A DNA stretch of 64,000 nt from a virus (taxonomy: Duplodnaviria > Caudoviricetes): the IMG/VR virus record IMGVR_UViG_3300044820_000139, positions 1,430 to 65,429 of that record; one strand, given 5' to 3'. Both the position numbers and the translations under genes were made by a program. Below the pieces are notes generated by a model. That model was not told the origin of the DNA, searched no databases, and worked only from the letters and a program-made list of their open reading frames with translations. Numbering within the stretch: position 1 is the first letter of the stretch; each line of letters starts with the position of its first letter. Positions 26,557-35,224 of the stretch are shown here, piece by piece.

Positions 26557-29232
26557 CTACTCAACTCCATAGATGCTGATGGAAGTGCCCACCGTGAAAT
26601 TTGCCCCCGCCGTCAGACTTATGCTTGTGATCGCCGCCGTGCTAAACCAGCTCCCCGAACTGATAGTTGGACTGTAATACGATCCTGAAATGCTTGAGGT
26701 TTGTGTTGCATTCACGTTTTTGTGAAAATAAGTCTGCGCATAAAATGGAACGTTAATAACTACCGAGGCTGATGTTCCAGCGGGAGAGTTAGAAGGCAAA
26801 TCAAACAACCTCATATAAGCAACATTATTCCCCACTGTAGAATAAACGCTTCCCCCATTTTCATTTTGAATAAGCCCCCAAGAATAGTCGGATGCCGTAT
26901 CGCCATTGAAAGTCGTCTGGACATTTTGGTTGGAAGCGGTACTTCCGATAAACTCGATTTTCAGGTGATTGTAAGTGCCGGGAATGGCGCTCAGGGAGAT
27001 CGTTGTACCTGCTGTGCCCACCACACAGGCTCCGCTGCTCACCGTGCAGCCAGAGACAGTCAAAGCGCCGGTAATGTTCGTTACAGCGCTCGATCCTCCG
27101 CCCCCACTCGGCGCATTTCCAATTGTGGTCATCTCCCAGTTCGTTCCATCGTAGGTCATCAACACTTGTTTGTTGGCCGCGATGTCTCCCGCCGCCAGCG
27201 TGGTCGTGCTCTGCCACTTCGCCACGCTCTTCGCGCCGAGCGAGTTGACGTTCAGAGTTAGACCGGTTCCCGTGTTGGCTGTGGTAGTGCTGTAGACAAT
27301 GGCGCTTCCCGCCACCGGGGTAAAGCTGGGAGATGTCGTGCAACTCTGCGCCGTGCCACTTCCAGATGTATCCGAGCAGGTTGGAATAGAAGCCGATCCG
27401 CTTGCAGCCGGCGACCACTTTATCCCGAGAGCCTGCGTTGAGTCGGCAGTTAGTACGTAAGTATTCGCGCCCACCGGAAGGCGAGCATTGGTAGTGCTGT
27501 AGCCGTAGAGATCGCCTTTGGTGGTCAGCGGAGATGATCCTCCTCCGCATCCTGTGCAGGTACCACTCACAATCAGATTGTTCAGCGCGAGATTACCAGC
27601 CTTGTTCTGCAACGCTGATCCGTCACCGAGATCGAGCTGATGCGCATTCGTTTGATCGACACTGAAACCTACGACCGGCGCTGTTTCGGAATAGTAACCT
27701 CTGCTGGTATCGTTGCTCCAACCTAGCATTGAGGCTCCCGTCAGCACTTTTTCTGTGTATCCTGATGGGCTTGCATAATACGAAAAGGAATATGAACCAA
27801 TGTGATCTTCCGCAATGACACTGGCTCCATAAGGATTTCCGTATCCCAAACTGTACCCATTGCCAACCTGGAATCCTATTTGAGCAGAGAAACTCTGCGT
27901 TTGTGAGAACGTATTGGCAACTCCCGTATTCGGGCACCCGTTGTTAGCTTCGCAGTCGAACTCTCCCGTCGCTAGCGTATTCTGAACGATTAACGTCTGA
28001 CTCATCCGCGCATATAAATCACTGTTACCGTTATCGTTTAAATGGTTTTGAAGTGGAATGTAGTACGTGGAATCGTACACATTCGGCATATCCGCGTGAA
28101 TGTCGATGAACCGGTCCCAGTAACATCCCGTGCAAGGCGAAGGACTAGATCCAACCGAAACAATCTGTGAAACTCCCTGTGGGCCTTGGCCTTTCATCCA
28201 GTCGTTGACGGAAGCAATCGATGGTTGAGGATCTAGATTCCCAACCGATCCGCGTAAATCAAACAGATTGAGCGCAATCACTACCCATCCATCTGTGTGA
28301 GCTAGAGTCCACAAACTTTGAAGGCCGCTCTCAACATCCGCAACACTGGAGCTTCCCGCAATATCGTCCAGGCCTCCCTCCAAAAATAGATACCCTGCTT
28401 TCCCGGTCACTACTGGGCTGTAGGGATGGACCAAGGATGGATAATTGCTTATCAGACACGACAAAGAGCAGTTTCCGGGAGCACTGTCGTAATAGACGGT
28501 GCTGCTTGAAGGCAACATCGGACTCGCCATCAACATATTCGTGGCTTCATAGGTTGAGTAATAACTTCCCGCGCCGATTGTTCCGCTGGTCATGCCGGTA
28601 ATATTGGATGTGAACTGAGACCCCGTCGCCGTGATGACATTGATGATCTGCCCATTCAAAAATGCGTCAGCGCCAGTAAATCCCGCGAGGGTAGCCACGC
28701 CACCTGTAAAGGCGTTGCTAGCGGCGACGAATGTCGCCACACCACCCGTAACCGTGCCTGACGTAATCGTGCTTCCGCCTGATGTTCCGTAAAAGCAGGT
28801 CGAGCACACATCCAACTCGGAGGTACCGTAGACCATAATGTTGGCATTGGCTGGGTACATTGCCGTTCCACTTCCGCCGGCGCCCGTCGCGCTGATCGTC
28901 ACCGGGCCCGTGCCGCCGCTCGGTGAGATTGATATTCCAGATCCTGCAATAATCCGCGTGACTCCAGCCACCGAAGCTCCTGGGCAGGATGTCTCCGGTG
29001 TCCACATGCCCAAACTTGTATTGAAGCCATAGAGAGCGATCGCCTGCGGAAGATTGGGACTCGCTTCGACTGCGGAGGAGTTCGGGCAAACCGTCCAGCT
29101 CGCTGTTGTCGTGTTCCAATAGTAGTTTGCCAGAGGCGTCGGAGTTAGTCCGATTACCTGGCCGAGAGCTGGAAGGCACACAAACAGCAGCAGGGCCAAT
29201 CCAATTCCGATACCGTGTATCCGCTTGCTCAT
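26557..29232 (-). CDS. Tail fibre/spike-like protein with signal peptide and SGNH-esterase-like domain
   Basis: ATG 29232 behind GAGG; MSKRIHGIGIGLALLLFVCLPALG/Q; IMVYGTS, EGGLDD, NHLNDNG resemble SGNH blocks; TTKGDLYGYSTTNARLPVG fibre segment; many Cys pairs. Confidence 0.65.
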   Translation of the reverse strand: MSKRIHGIGIGLALLLFVCLPALGQVIGLTPTPLANYYWNTTTASWTVCPNSSAVEASPNLPQAIALYGFNTSLGMWTPETSCPGASVAGVTRIIAGSGISISPSGGTGPVTISATGAGGSGTAMYPANANIMVYGTSELDVCSTCFYGTSGGSTITSGTVTGGVATFVAASNAFTGGVATLAGFTGADAFLNGQIINVITATGSQFTSNITGMTSGTIGAGSYYSTYEATNMLMASPMLPSSSTVYYDSAPGNCSLSCLISNYPSLVHPYSPVVTGKAGYLFLEGGLDDIAGSSSVADVESGLQSLWTLAHTDGWVVIALNLFDLRGSVGNLDPQPSIASVNDWMKGQGPQGVSQIVSVGSSPSPCTGCYWDRFIDIHADMPNVYDSTYYIPLQNHLNDNGNSDLYARMSQTLIVQNTLATGEFDCEANNGCPNTGVANTFSQTQSFSAQIGFQVGNGYSLGYGNPYGASVIAEDHIGSYSFSYYASPSGYTEKVLTGASMLGWSNDTSRGYYSETAPVVGFSVDQTNAHQLDLGDGSALQNKAGNLALNNLIVSGTCTGCGGGSSPLTTKGDLYGYSTTNARLPVGANTYVLTADSTQALGIKWSPAASGSASIPTCSDTSGSGTAQSCTTSPSFTPVAGSAIVYSTTTANTGTGLTLNVNSLGAKSVAKWQSTTTLAAGDIAANKQVLMTYDGTNWEMTTIGNAPSGGGGSSAVTNITGALTVSGCTVSSGACVVGTAGTTISLSAIPGTYNHLKIEFIGSTASNQNVQTTFNGDTASDYSWGLIQNENGGSVYSTVGNNVAYMRLFDLPSNSPAGTSASVVINVPFYAQTYFHKNVNATQTSSISGSYYSPTISSGSWFSTAAITSISLTAGANFTVGTSISIYGVE

Positions 29233-29320
29233 TATCTGTCCTCGGATGTGCTTGTGATACGGTGGCGCGCCGGGCCGGTTGGCCGCGGCGCGCCCTTTTT
29301 GGTTTGTTCTGATGCTGATC

Positions 29321-30583
29321 TTATTGGCAGGAGACGCGCCAGGCATAACCCGCTGTTGAGGATGTGAGCGCTGTTGTCGCCACAGCCGCCGTAACGGTCG
29401 CTGTGGGCGAGGAATAGGTACTGGATACCGTGAGAGCAACAGTCGGCGTAACGCTACCGATACTCACGATCGTGCAGGATGGAGGATAAGTGAATCCGCC
29501 AGAGCTGCCGAGAACAGTTGAGATTGTCGCTGTGCCGGAGACGCTGGTTGCCGGGTTTGTAATCCCGCATCCGGTGACAGCTGCGCTCGCTGTAGTCGGC
29601 GCGGCCGTTGCGGCTGTGCCTGGAGTAATCACGGTGAAGGCTGTGCCTCCGGCGATCGCATTTGTTCCCGTGAGTGTCAACAAGGCCGTCGCTGTAGAGC
29701 CATTGTTGGTTGCAGTCAAGCATACCTGTTGGCCTCTTGATCCAGCCACGGTCAAGCCTGATGTGTAGGTACCTGAGACAACGCTTCCGGTGAACTTGCT
29801 GTAGGCCAAGGTAAATACGTTGCCAGTGGTGGCGCCCGTTCCGGTTGTCAGATTCACAATCTGGCCGCCGGCGGATCCGGTAGTTGAAATAGTAGCCCCG
29901 GCGCCGGCTCCAGCAGTCACCGCCGCCACAACGCCTGACTGGTTTCCTCCAGTGTTGCCTGCGGCAACGCTGAACGAGGTACCATTCCATCCGTAGTAGG
30001 TCCAGGGGATTGAGGTAATATCCACAAGCTCAACGCCTGCGCCACCCTTCAAAGCTCCAATAATAGCGGGCACAGTCTGGACAGCCGGCGTCTGCGGAAG
30101 GCCCGCCACAAGCCCATACCAGTACTTGTCGAGGTAGATCACATTCAGCGGAGCGCTGGTCGACGAGCTGCTCATTGCCGCGACCGCATCCTGCAAGCCC
30201 GCCGTGCCCGACTGCACGAAGAAGCTGGCGTGGGCGTAGACGGTGGCCGCGTTGAATCCGCACGCGCTCTGTGCTGTCGAGATAGAGCTCGGCGTCACAA
30301 CCTCACTGAAGAGACCGTTCGAGTCGCGAATAGCGACCGGATAATTGGTGCCCGTGTTTGGGTTTCCAAAAACAAAATAACTGGGTACTCCGCGTTCCAG
30401 TGGTGTAACCCAGCAGTTTGCGCCTGGAAAGGTAAAGGTGTTGGCGGCCGAGCTCACGAGTGACCAGTAATTGAAATCCTCTGCATACACCGCGGGAGCC
30501 GGATTCGGAGCCTGCGCCATCGCTGCCGGAAGCAACGCAACCGTCAGAAGGGCTATCATCGCAATTGCAAAAAACTTGCGCAT
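29321..30583 (-). CDS. Signal-peptide-bearing Thr/Ser/Ala-rich fibre/surface protein
   Basis: MRKFFAIAMIALLTVALLPAAMA/Q; AAGGAG RBS; beta-rich composition. Confidence 0.65.
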   Translation of the reverse strand: MRKFFAIAMIALLTVALLPAAMAQAPNPAPAVYAEDFNYWSLVSSAANTFTFPGANCWVTPLERGVPSYFVFGNPNTGTNYPVAIRDSNGLFSEVVTPSSISTAQSACGFNAATVYAHASFFVQSGTAGLQDAVAAMSSSSTSAPLNVIYLDKYWYGLVAGLPQTPAVQTVPAIIGALKGGAGVELVDITSIPWTYYGWNGTSFSVAAGNTGGNQSGVVAAVTAGAGAGATISTTGSAGGQIVNLTTGTGATTGNVFTLAYSKFTGSVVSGTYTSGLTVAGSRGQQVCLTATNNGSTATALLTLTGTNAIAGGTAFTVITPGTAATAAPTTASAAVTGCGITNPATSVSGTATISTVLGSSGGFTYPPSCTIVSIGSVTPTVALTVSSTYSSPTATVTAAVATTALTSSTAGYAWRVSCQ

Positions 30584-30691
30584 TTTGTTTCTCCTTAGGA
30601 CAACCGGCGGTTTGCCCGGTCCGGCGTCGAGGTTGAAGGTTGAATCTCTGCGCGCGCATCGGCGCGGCAGGCTGCTTGTTTCAGGCGGTTC

Positions 30692-30769
30692 TCAGAAGCT
30701 TGCGCGGATACAGAAAATCGTGAACACACCAAAATAAATAATTGCAAAAACAATCTTGGCTATTCTCAC
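30692..30769 (-). CDS. Small hydrophobic peptide (25 aa)
   Basis: GTG overlaps the upstream TGA; MRIAKIVFAIIYFGVFTIFCIRASF. Confidence 0.35.
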   Translation of the reverse strand: MRIAKIVFAIIYFGVFTIFCIRASF

Positions 30770-32376
30770 AGATTATTCTCCAACCACCCATCATTAACAT
30801 GAGACGAAGGTGCGTTTCCACCGTTCACGCCTGCCGTGTAAACCACCTCAAACGTTGCTCCAGCAGGGACTACAAATCCGGGGATTGACGCAACTCCTTG
30901 ACACTGATTAAATATTCCGCCGTGTCCCGCGATAAGTCCATTCACATAGGCGGTGATGTACGAAGATGCTCCCGTACACTCATCAGCCGCCAGCGTTGAA
31001 TATGAAACCTCCTCGATTACTGCAACGCCGCTAGAGTTGGTGTAGGTTGTACCAAAAGAATAGATTGACCCTCCCGCGCAAGAAACGCTCAAGCAATTCT
31101 TCTGAGAAACTGTACCACTTAAACACGTACCTGTGCTCTGAGTGATACCTCCAGATGCATCCCACTGCGCGCATCGGCCATTGGTTCCAGGACCGGATGC
31201 GGTAACTAAATAGGACTCAGTGCCCGTTGCATTGAAGGTAATGTTCGTCCGCGCGGGCGAAGAACTATCTGCGCCGCTGATGAAATTACCGATCAGGTTA
31301 AACGTTGGCCGCTGGGTCATCAGCGATCCGTTCACCTCTATGTTTTGGTTGGCGCTTGTGCAGCTCACCGCTGTGTCGAAGGCAGTACCGTCCGAGCCTA
31401 GGCACTGGCCCGTGGTGCCCCCTGAACCGTTCACTAGGTATCCACTGATAGAGTTGATCAGCCCAGCCAGGCCCGAACCTTCCACGTCTACGCCCCAGGC
31501 CGGAAGACTGGTTCCGACTCCAATCTCTCCCACGTTGTACAGGTTGTACCCTGAGAGGCTAAGAGGTCCGGAGATTGACTGGGCGTTATGGTTGTAAGGA
31601 GTGGTGAGAAGCGGAACCGGGTAGGTCACCCGGCCGTTGTAGAGGGGAAAGCCATTTGATAGGTTGTAGGTGCTGCCCGGGCCCACAAACTGCCATTGCT
31701 GAGGAAAGCCTGCTACTGGGAGTCCGCTTGCGTTGGTCAACGTGGCCAGATAGCCGGCAATTGGCCATGCGGCATCATTTGCCACTACCTGACAGACTGT
31801 GCCGTTCACAATCGGCGGAGTCGCGCCGGTAACCAGAGGTGTACTTTGCGTGAACGTCGCTGTAGGAGTTGTGGTCTGTCCCTGGTAGGTCTCTGATCCT
31901 GAACTTGTGCCGATGTAAACGTTCATGCCGATGGTGTTGGCCGCGGCGCCGCCCGTCGGCGGAGAAATCTGCAACTGACCTGCTGAGGTTAACTGCGTTT
32001 GGATCTCGGGACTGTGCAGAGTTTGATGGGTGTAGGTATCGTACCAAGTGATCTCAATGTAGTAGTTTGCGGCGGGAAGCGTGCCCGAGTAGACGACATT
32101 GACGACCGGGCCGGTCAAAGGATTGCGTATCCCAACCACCGCGCCGCTTGCGTCCGTTGCACAGTTGGAGTTGGCCACCACAACCGAGGTCCCGCCCACA
32201 AACATGACCTGGGTCGGCTGGAAGGTCAACGCGTAGTTCGCAGCCGGCATCCCGTTCGAGCTGCTCATGGGGCCAATGACGGCGATGTAGGGAGCGGTGT
32301 ATTGGGCTGAAATTGGCAAACAGAAAGCTAGTGCAAAAAAAACGGATGGTGCGAGTGAGGTAAACTCTCGCACCAT
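30766..32376 (-). CDS. Tail fibre-like protein with signal peptide
   Basis: Start moved to ATG 32376 (the track start lies inside a promoter); MVREFTSLAPSVFFALAFCLPISA/Q; GTNGRCAQWDASGG and GTTGQCLGSDG Cys-bridged fibre-type segments. Confidence 0.65.
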   Translation of the reverse strand: MVREFTSLAPSVFFALAFCLPISAQYTAPYIAVIGPMSSSNGMPAANYALTFQPTQVMFVGGTSVVVANSNCATDASGAVVGIRNPLTGPVVNVVYSGTLPAANYYIEITWYDTYTHQTLHSPEIQTQLTSAGQLQISPPTGGAAANTIGMNVYIGTSSGSETYQGQTTTPTATFTQSTPLVTGATPPIVNGTVCQVVANDAAWPIAGYLATLTNASGLPVAGFPQQWQFVGPGSTYNLSNGFPLYNGRVTYPVPLLTTPYNHNAQSISGPLSLSGYNLYNVGEIGVGTSLPAWGVDVEGSGLAGLINSISGYLVNGSGGTTGQCLGSDGTAFDTAVSCTSANQNIEVNGSLMTQRPTFNLIGNFISGADSSSPARTNITFNATGTESYLVTASGPGTNGRCAQWDASGGITQSTGTCLSGTVSQKNCLSVSCAGGSIYSFGTTYTNSSGVAVIEEVSYSTLAADECTGASSYITAYVNGLIAGHGGIFNQCQGVASIPGFVVPAGATFEVVYTAGVNGGNAPSSHVNDGWLENNL

Positions 32377-32419
32377 CCGCTTTCCGAAGGCAACGCACCT
32401 ACCCGCGAAGGTAGTATCC

Positions 32420-32448
32420 AATTTACCGCACCCGCCCGCTAATGTCAA
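32420..32448 (-). promoter_or_regulatory. Sigma70-type promoter for the late (fibre/lysis/head/tail) block
   Basis: TTGACA (32448-32443), 17 nt, TAAATT (32425-32420). Confidence 0.7.
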
Positions 32449-32451
32449 ATC

Positions 32452-32799
32452 CTACCTCCACCGTCCGTCCTTCGAAGCCTCAATACAGTCAGCTCCGCAG
32501 GGCAGTTGCTTACCCGTTGTCGTGCTCTCATCCAAGTAACGCCTCGCGGCCGCGTCCACATCCAGCAAAGGCCGGTTACAAAGACTACAGCGCCGGTACT
32601 CTGATTCCGCGAACCATGGCCGGCCACCTTCAGCCCGGTCTAGGCTCATCAGAAAGCGCGCGTCAGACGCCGAGAGCCAGATTCGTGTTGGGCTCGCGCT
32701 CAACCCTTTGATACGCCGGTCGACTGCCCACTGCGGCATTGCAATTGCGGTGATGGTCACGCAAAAGACCCGGCGCCGGCGCGTCGGGGTAATCTTCAT
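32452..32799 (-). CDS. Hypothetical zinc-binding protein
   Basis: CSLC...CGADC; start taken at ATG 32799. Confidence 0.55.
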   Translation of the reverse strand: MKITPTRRRRVFCVTITAIAMPQWAVDRRIKGLSASPTRIWLSASDARFLMSLDRAEGGRPWFAESEYRRCSLCNRPLLDVDAAARRYLDESTTTGKQLPCGADCIEASKDGRWR

Positions 32800-32821
32800 T
32801 GACTTCAGTTTGTCGCGACGT

Positions 32822-33109
32822 TCACGCCTGCGCTGCCGCGTGGTGCGGTATGGCCAGCAACGGCGATCGTCCCTGAATCCGCTCATGATGATTCCTGTGC
32901 GCGCAGTTCTGGTGTTTCTCTTCCAAGATTTCCAGCCAAAGCATTCGGTTTAGGGGATCGTCTTTGATGCGAACGATTTCGTTCTGCTCTTCGAGGATTG
33001 CCAAGCGCGGAACTGGTATCAATCCGTGGCATCCTAGACACTCATAAGTGTCCGTATCGGCGTAGTGGCGAAAGGCGGATTGAGCGGGTTCTACTGCGGC
33101 TTGGCCCAT
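32822..33109 (-). CDS. Hypothetical protein (CxxC, His-rich C-terminus)
   Basis: ATG 33109 behind GAGG; YECLGCHG. Confidence 0.55.
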   Translation of the reverse strand: MGQAAVEPAQSAFRHYADTDTYECLGCHGLIPVPRLAILEEQNEIVRIKDDPLNRMLWLEILEEKHQNCAHRNHHERIQGRSPLLAIPHHAAAQA

Positions 33110-33365
33110 GCTTGCCTCGTTAAATGCCGACCGGCGGGCGGCCGCTTCCCCAAACAACCGCCCGCCAGGAAAACAGGCTCTCCGGAGGTCGGTGGCTAGC
33201 CTGTTCTGTCGTTGCTGATCCCTGGCTCGTCCACCTGAGGGCTGTATCTCAGGACTTTTGACGGACTCTGCGTCATCAGCTTGCTGAAAATGCCGAGGTC
33301 ACCGGCAAGGTGGGAGAAACGGCCTTCTAATAGCAGACGTAAGAAAAGAGGAAAGAGGCGCTCCA

Positions 33366-33653
33366 ATGTCTCAAATTCTGATTGATCGTAAGAAGCTGCA
33401 ACTTGTGTTGCATCAGTATTTCGAACTTGAAGCAGAGAATCGTGCTTATCGCGATCTGATGAATCAGGCCCGGCTGAAAAGTGAAGAGAATTCTGAGACT
33501 GCAAGATGTTACGTGGCCGCTTTGCAGAAGGAGACAGAGAAAGCTCGATTACAAATCCGTGGTCAGTCTCAACGCCTGACGCATCATCTTCTAGACGTTG
33601 AAGACGACGCTGCTTTTCTTCGAGCACTCGACGACTTATTCCCACCCCGCTAG
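33366..33653 (+). CDS. Hypothetical coiled-coil protein (opposite-strand moron)
   Basis: 95 aa with GAGG RBS; natural helical composition, unlike the antisense ORF. Confidence 0.6.
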   Translation: MSQILIDRKKLQLVLHQYFELEAENRAYRDLMNQARLKSEENSETARCYVAALQKETEKARLQIRGQSQRLTHHLLDVEDDAAFLRALDDLFPPR

Positions 33654-33759
33654 ATATGCTCGGCAGAGAACCCACAAACATGATCTCTTCGGCGGCGCTT
33701 CGAGCCGGAGGCCAGTAATCGGGGTCTTGTGTTGCCGCGTTTATCATTAAAGGAGTCCC

Positions 33760-33924
33760 ATGAAAATTCTCTCGATCCTCTTGTTACTACTCGTGACTAT
33801 CGGATGCCAACGGCTATATTATCTAGCCACTGCTCCACAATCTCTTTTCCTTGGTGATTCCAAACACAAGTTTCTGCATCAAGAATCGGCGATGTCAGTA
33901 CGGCTTTTTGGGAAATGCTGTTAA
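33760..33924 (+). CDS. Short or truncated lipoprotein (54 aa)
   Basis: AAGGAG RBS, MKILSILLLLLVTIG/C lipobox; overlaps the next gene in antisense. Confidence 0.4.
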   Translation: MKILSILLLLLVTIGCQRLYYLATAPQSLFLGDSKHKFLHQESAMSVRLFGKCC

Positions 33925-34558
33925 TGCTACGCTGCATGAGGGCATAGCAGAGATAGTCCGACGCTTCGGTCAGAGTTCCTTTTGGAGTTGAGCCCCATTG
34001 TGCCAACACCGACCAATCGGACGATGTTCTATGGCGTTTTCTCCATGTGATCATCGCTCTTTCTCTTAGAACGGCATGAATTTCCTGTTCTTCAAAAAAT
34101 ACCTGCACCCGTTCATTCTGGCCTAAATGTTCGGCTAGCTCATCCATAAGAGCCAGAATCGAAAGGACGTATCCCTCCATTAAGACTTCAAGGACAGTCC
34201 CAGAGATGCGATGCTCATAATCTTTCCTGCAAATCGATCCAGCGAATGGCCTTAATCCACAAAGTTTTGGAACACCTCCGAGGCGACGCAAAAGATCACC
34301 ATATCTCTTAGGTGCTTTCTCAGAGCCAAGACGCAACTCTACAACGTGTATGGACTTGCGATTCCCTAACTCTTTCCGCCATGCACCAACGTAGTCTTTC
34401 CACTGCCTTTGGTTGCCTAAATATCCAGCAACTACACACAGTCCCGTGTTCTCATCGAAGCTCTCATCTAGACGGAGTTTTAACATACACAGCCATTCCG
34501 CTGGATCGTCTTCAGGAGATTCAAACACTCCATCCAATTCCATCTCAGATGCCAGCAT
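33797..34558 (-). CDS. DUF3800-like (RNase H-like fold) protein
   Basis: LDES...VVAGY near the N-terminus, F.E in the middle, EASDYLCY at the C-terminus; lower GC. Confidence 0.65.
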   Translation of the reverse strand: MLASEMELDGVFESPEDDPAEWLCMLKLRLDESFDENTGLCVVAGYLGNQRQWKDYVGAWRKELGNRKSIHVVELRLGSEKAPKRYGDLLRRLGGVPKLCGLRPFAGSICRKDYEHRISGTVLEVLMEGYVLSILALMDELAEHLGQNERVQVFFEEQEIHAVLRERAMITWRKRHRTSSDWSVLAQWGSTPKGTLTEASDYLCYALMQRSINSISQKAVLTSPILDAETCVWNHQGKEIVEQWLDNIAVGIR

Positions 34559-34613
34559 GCTACTCCTCCAGTATCAACCTACCGGGTTGATGGGTTATCG
34601 GTAAATCCTGCAT

Positions 34614-34889
34614 TTACGAGGAAACGGCTTCTACGGGCGTGTCTGGCGTCGAATCAGGAGCAGGTTCGGGAGCAAAGCTTCCCACGTTGAAAGATGCGCC
34701 TGTTACATTGCGGTTATAGCCGTTTGAGTCGACGGGGCTCGCCTGCGATGACCCGCTCACCCAGACATTGACAAGGGGTCCAGAGGCGCGATCAAGAGCG
34801 TCCATGGCGTGATAGATTTCAATAGCCGCATCGCGCAGTTCATCCTGCACCTGCTTTTTACTACCTGAAAAACTGATAACCCAAGACAT
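34614..34889 (-). CDS. Hypothetical protein (MSW-start family)
   Basis: 91 aa, GAAGGAG RBS, directly downstream of the tmRNA coding piece. Confidence 0.65.
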   Translation of the reverse strand: MSWVISFSGSKKQVQDELRDAAIEIYHAMDALDRASGPLVNVWVSGSSQASPVDSNGYNRNVTGASFNVGSFAPEPAPDSTPDTPVEAVSS

Positions 34890-34958
34890 TGCGTTTCTCC
34901 TTCGGCGTAAACTGTGCCAGGATTCTGTTGCCAGGCCCCCGGCTTGCCCCGGCTGTTT

Positions 34959-35039
34959 TTAGGCAGCCATTTGAAGCGCTTCGGTTGCGACCGGGAAGGT
35001 CAGAACCTTGGCAAGCTTCTTACCGTCACGTGAAGTGGC
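34959..35039 (-). other. tmRNA tag reading frame: ATSRDGKKLAKVLTFPVATEALQMAA
   Basis: Resume codon GCC after pk1 (TTGAT/ATCAA) and ACAGAAAACT; stop lies in the GGCTG/CAGCC hairpin; ends ...AA like ClpXP tags. Confidence 0.8.
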
Positions 35040-35124
35040 AGTTTTCTGTTTGATTCTCGTTACGGTGAGCATCAATCCCGGCACGAAACTGTACTCCGCT
35101 GATCCCGTCGAAACCGTGACAGGC

Positions 35125-35224
35125 CCACCTGATTCCATCAAAAGCGCCTCTATTTCTGTGTCCCTCGCATACCCGAGGAGGATTGCTTTCACTGGGCTCA
35201 CACATCTTTGATGGAATCAGGTGG
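35125..35224. repeat. 18-bp perfect inverted repeat closing the tmRNA intervening segment
   Basis: CCACCTGATTCCATCAAA (35125-35142) and TTTGATGGAATCAGGTGG (35207-35224), in the same register as the acceptor stem. Confidence 0.95.

Noticed and set aside
33196-33747. 183-aa minus-strand ORF
   Set aside because: Antisense shadow of the plus-strand 33366-33653 gene, which has a better RBS and composition.
34959-35201. 80-aa protein-coding ORF (MSPVKAILL...)
   Set aside because: It runs through the tmRNA spacer and 5' domain; only its last 26 codons make sense, as the tag.
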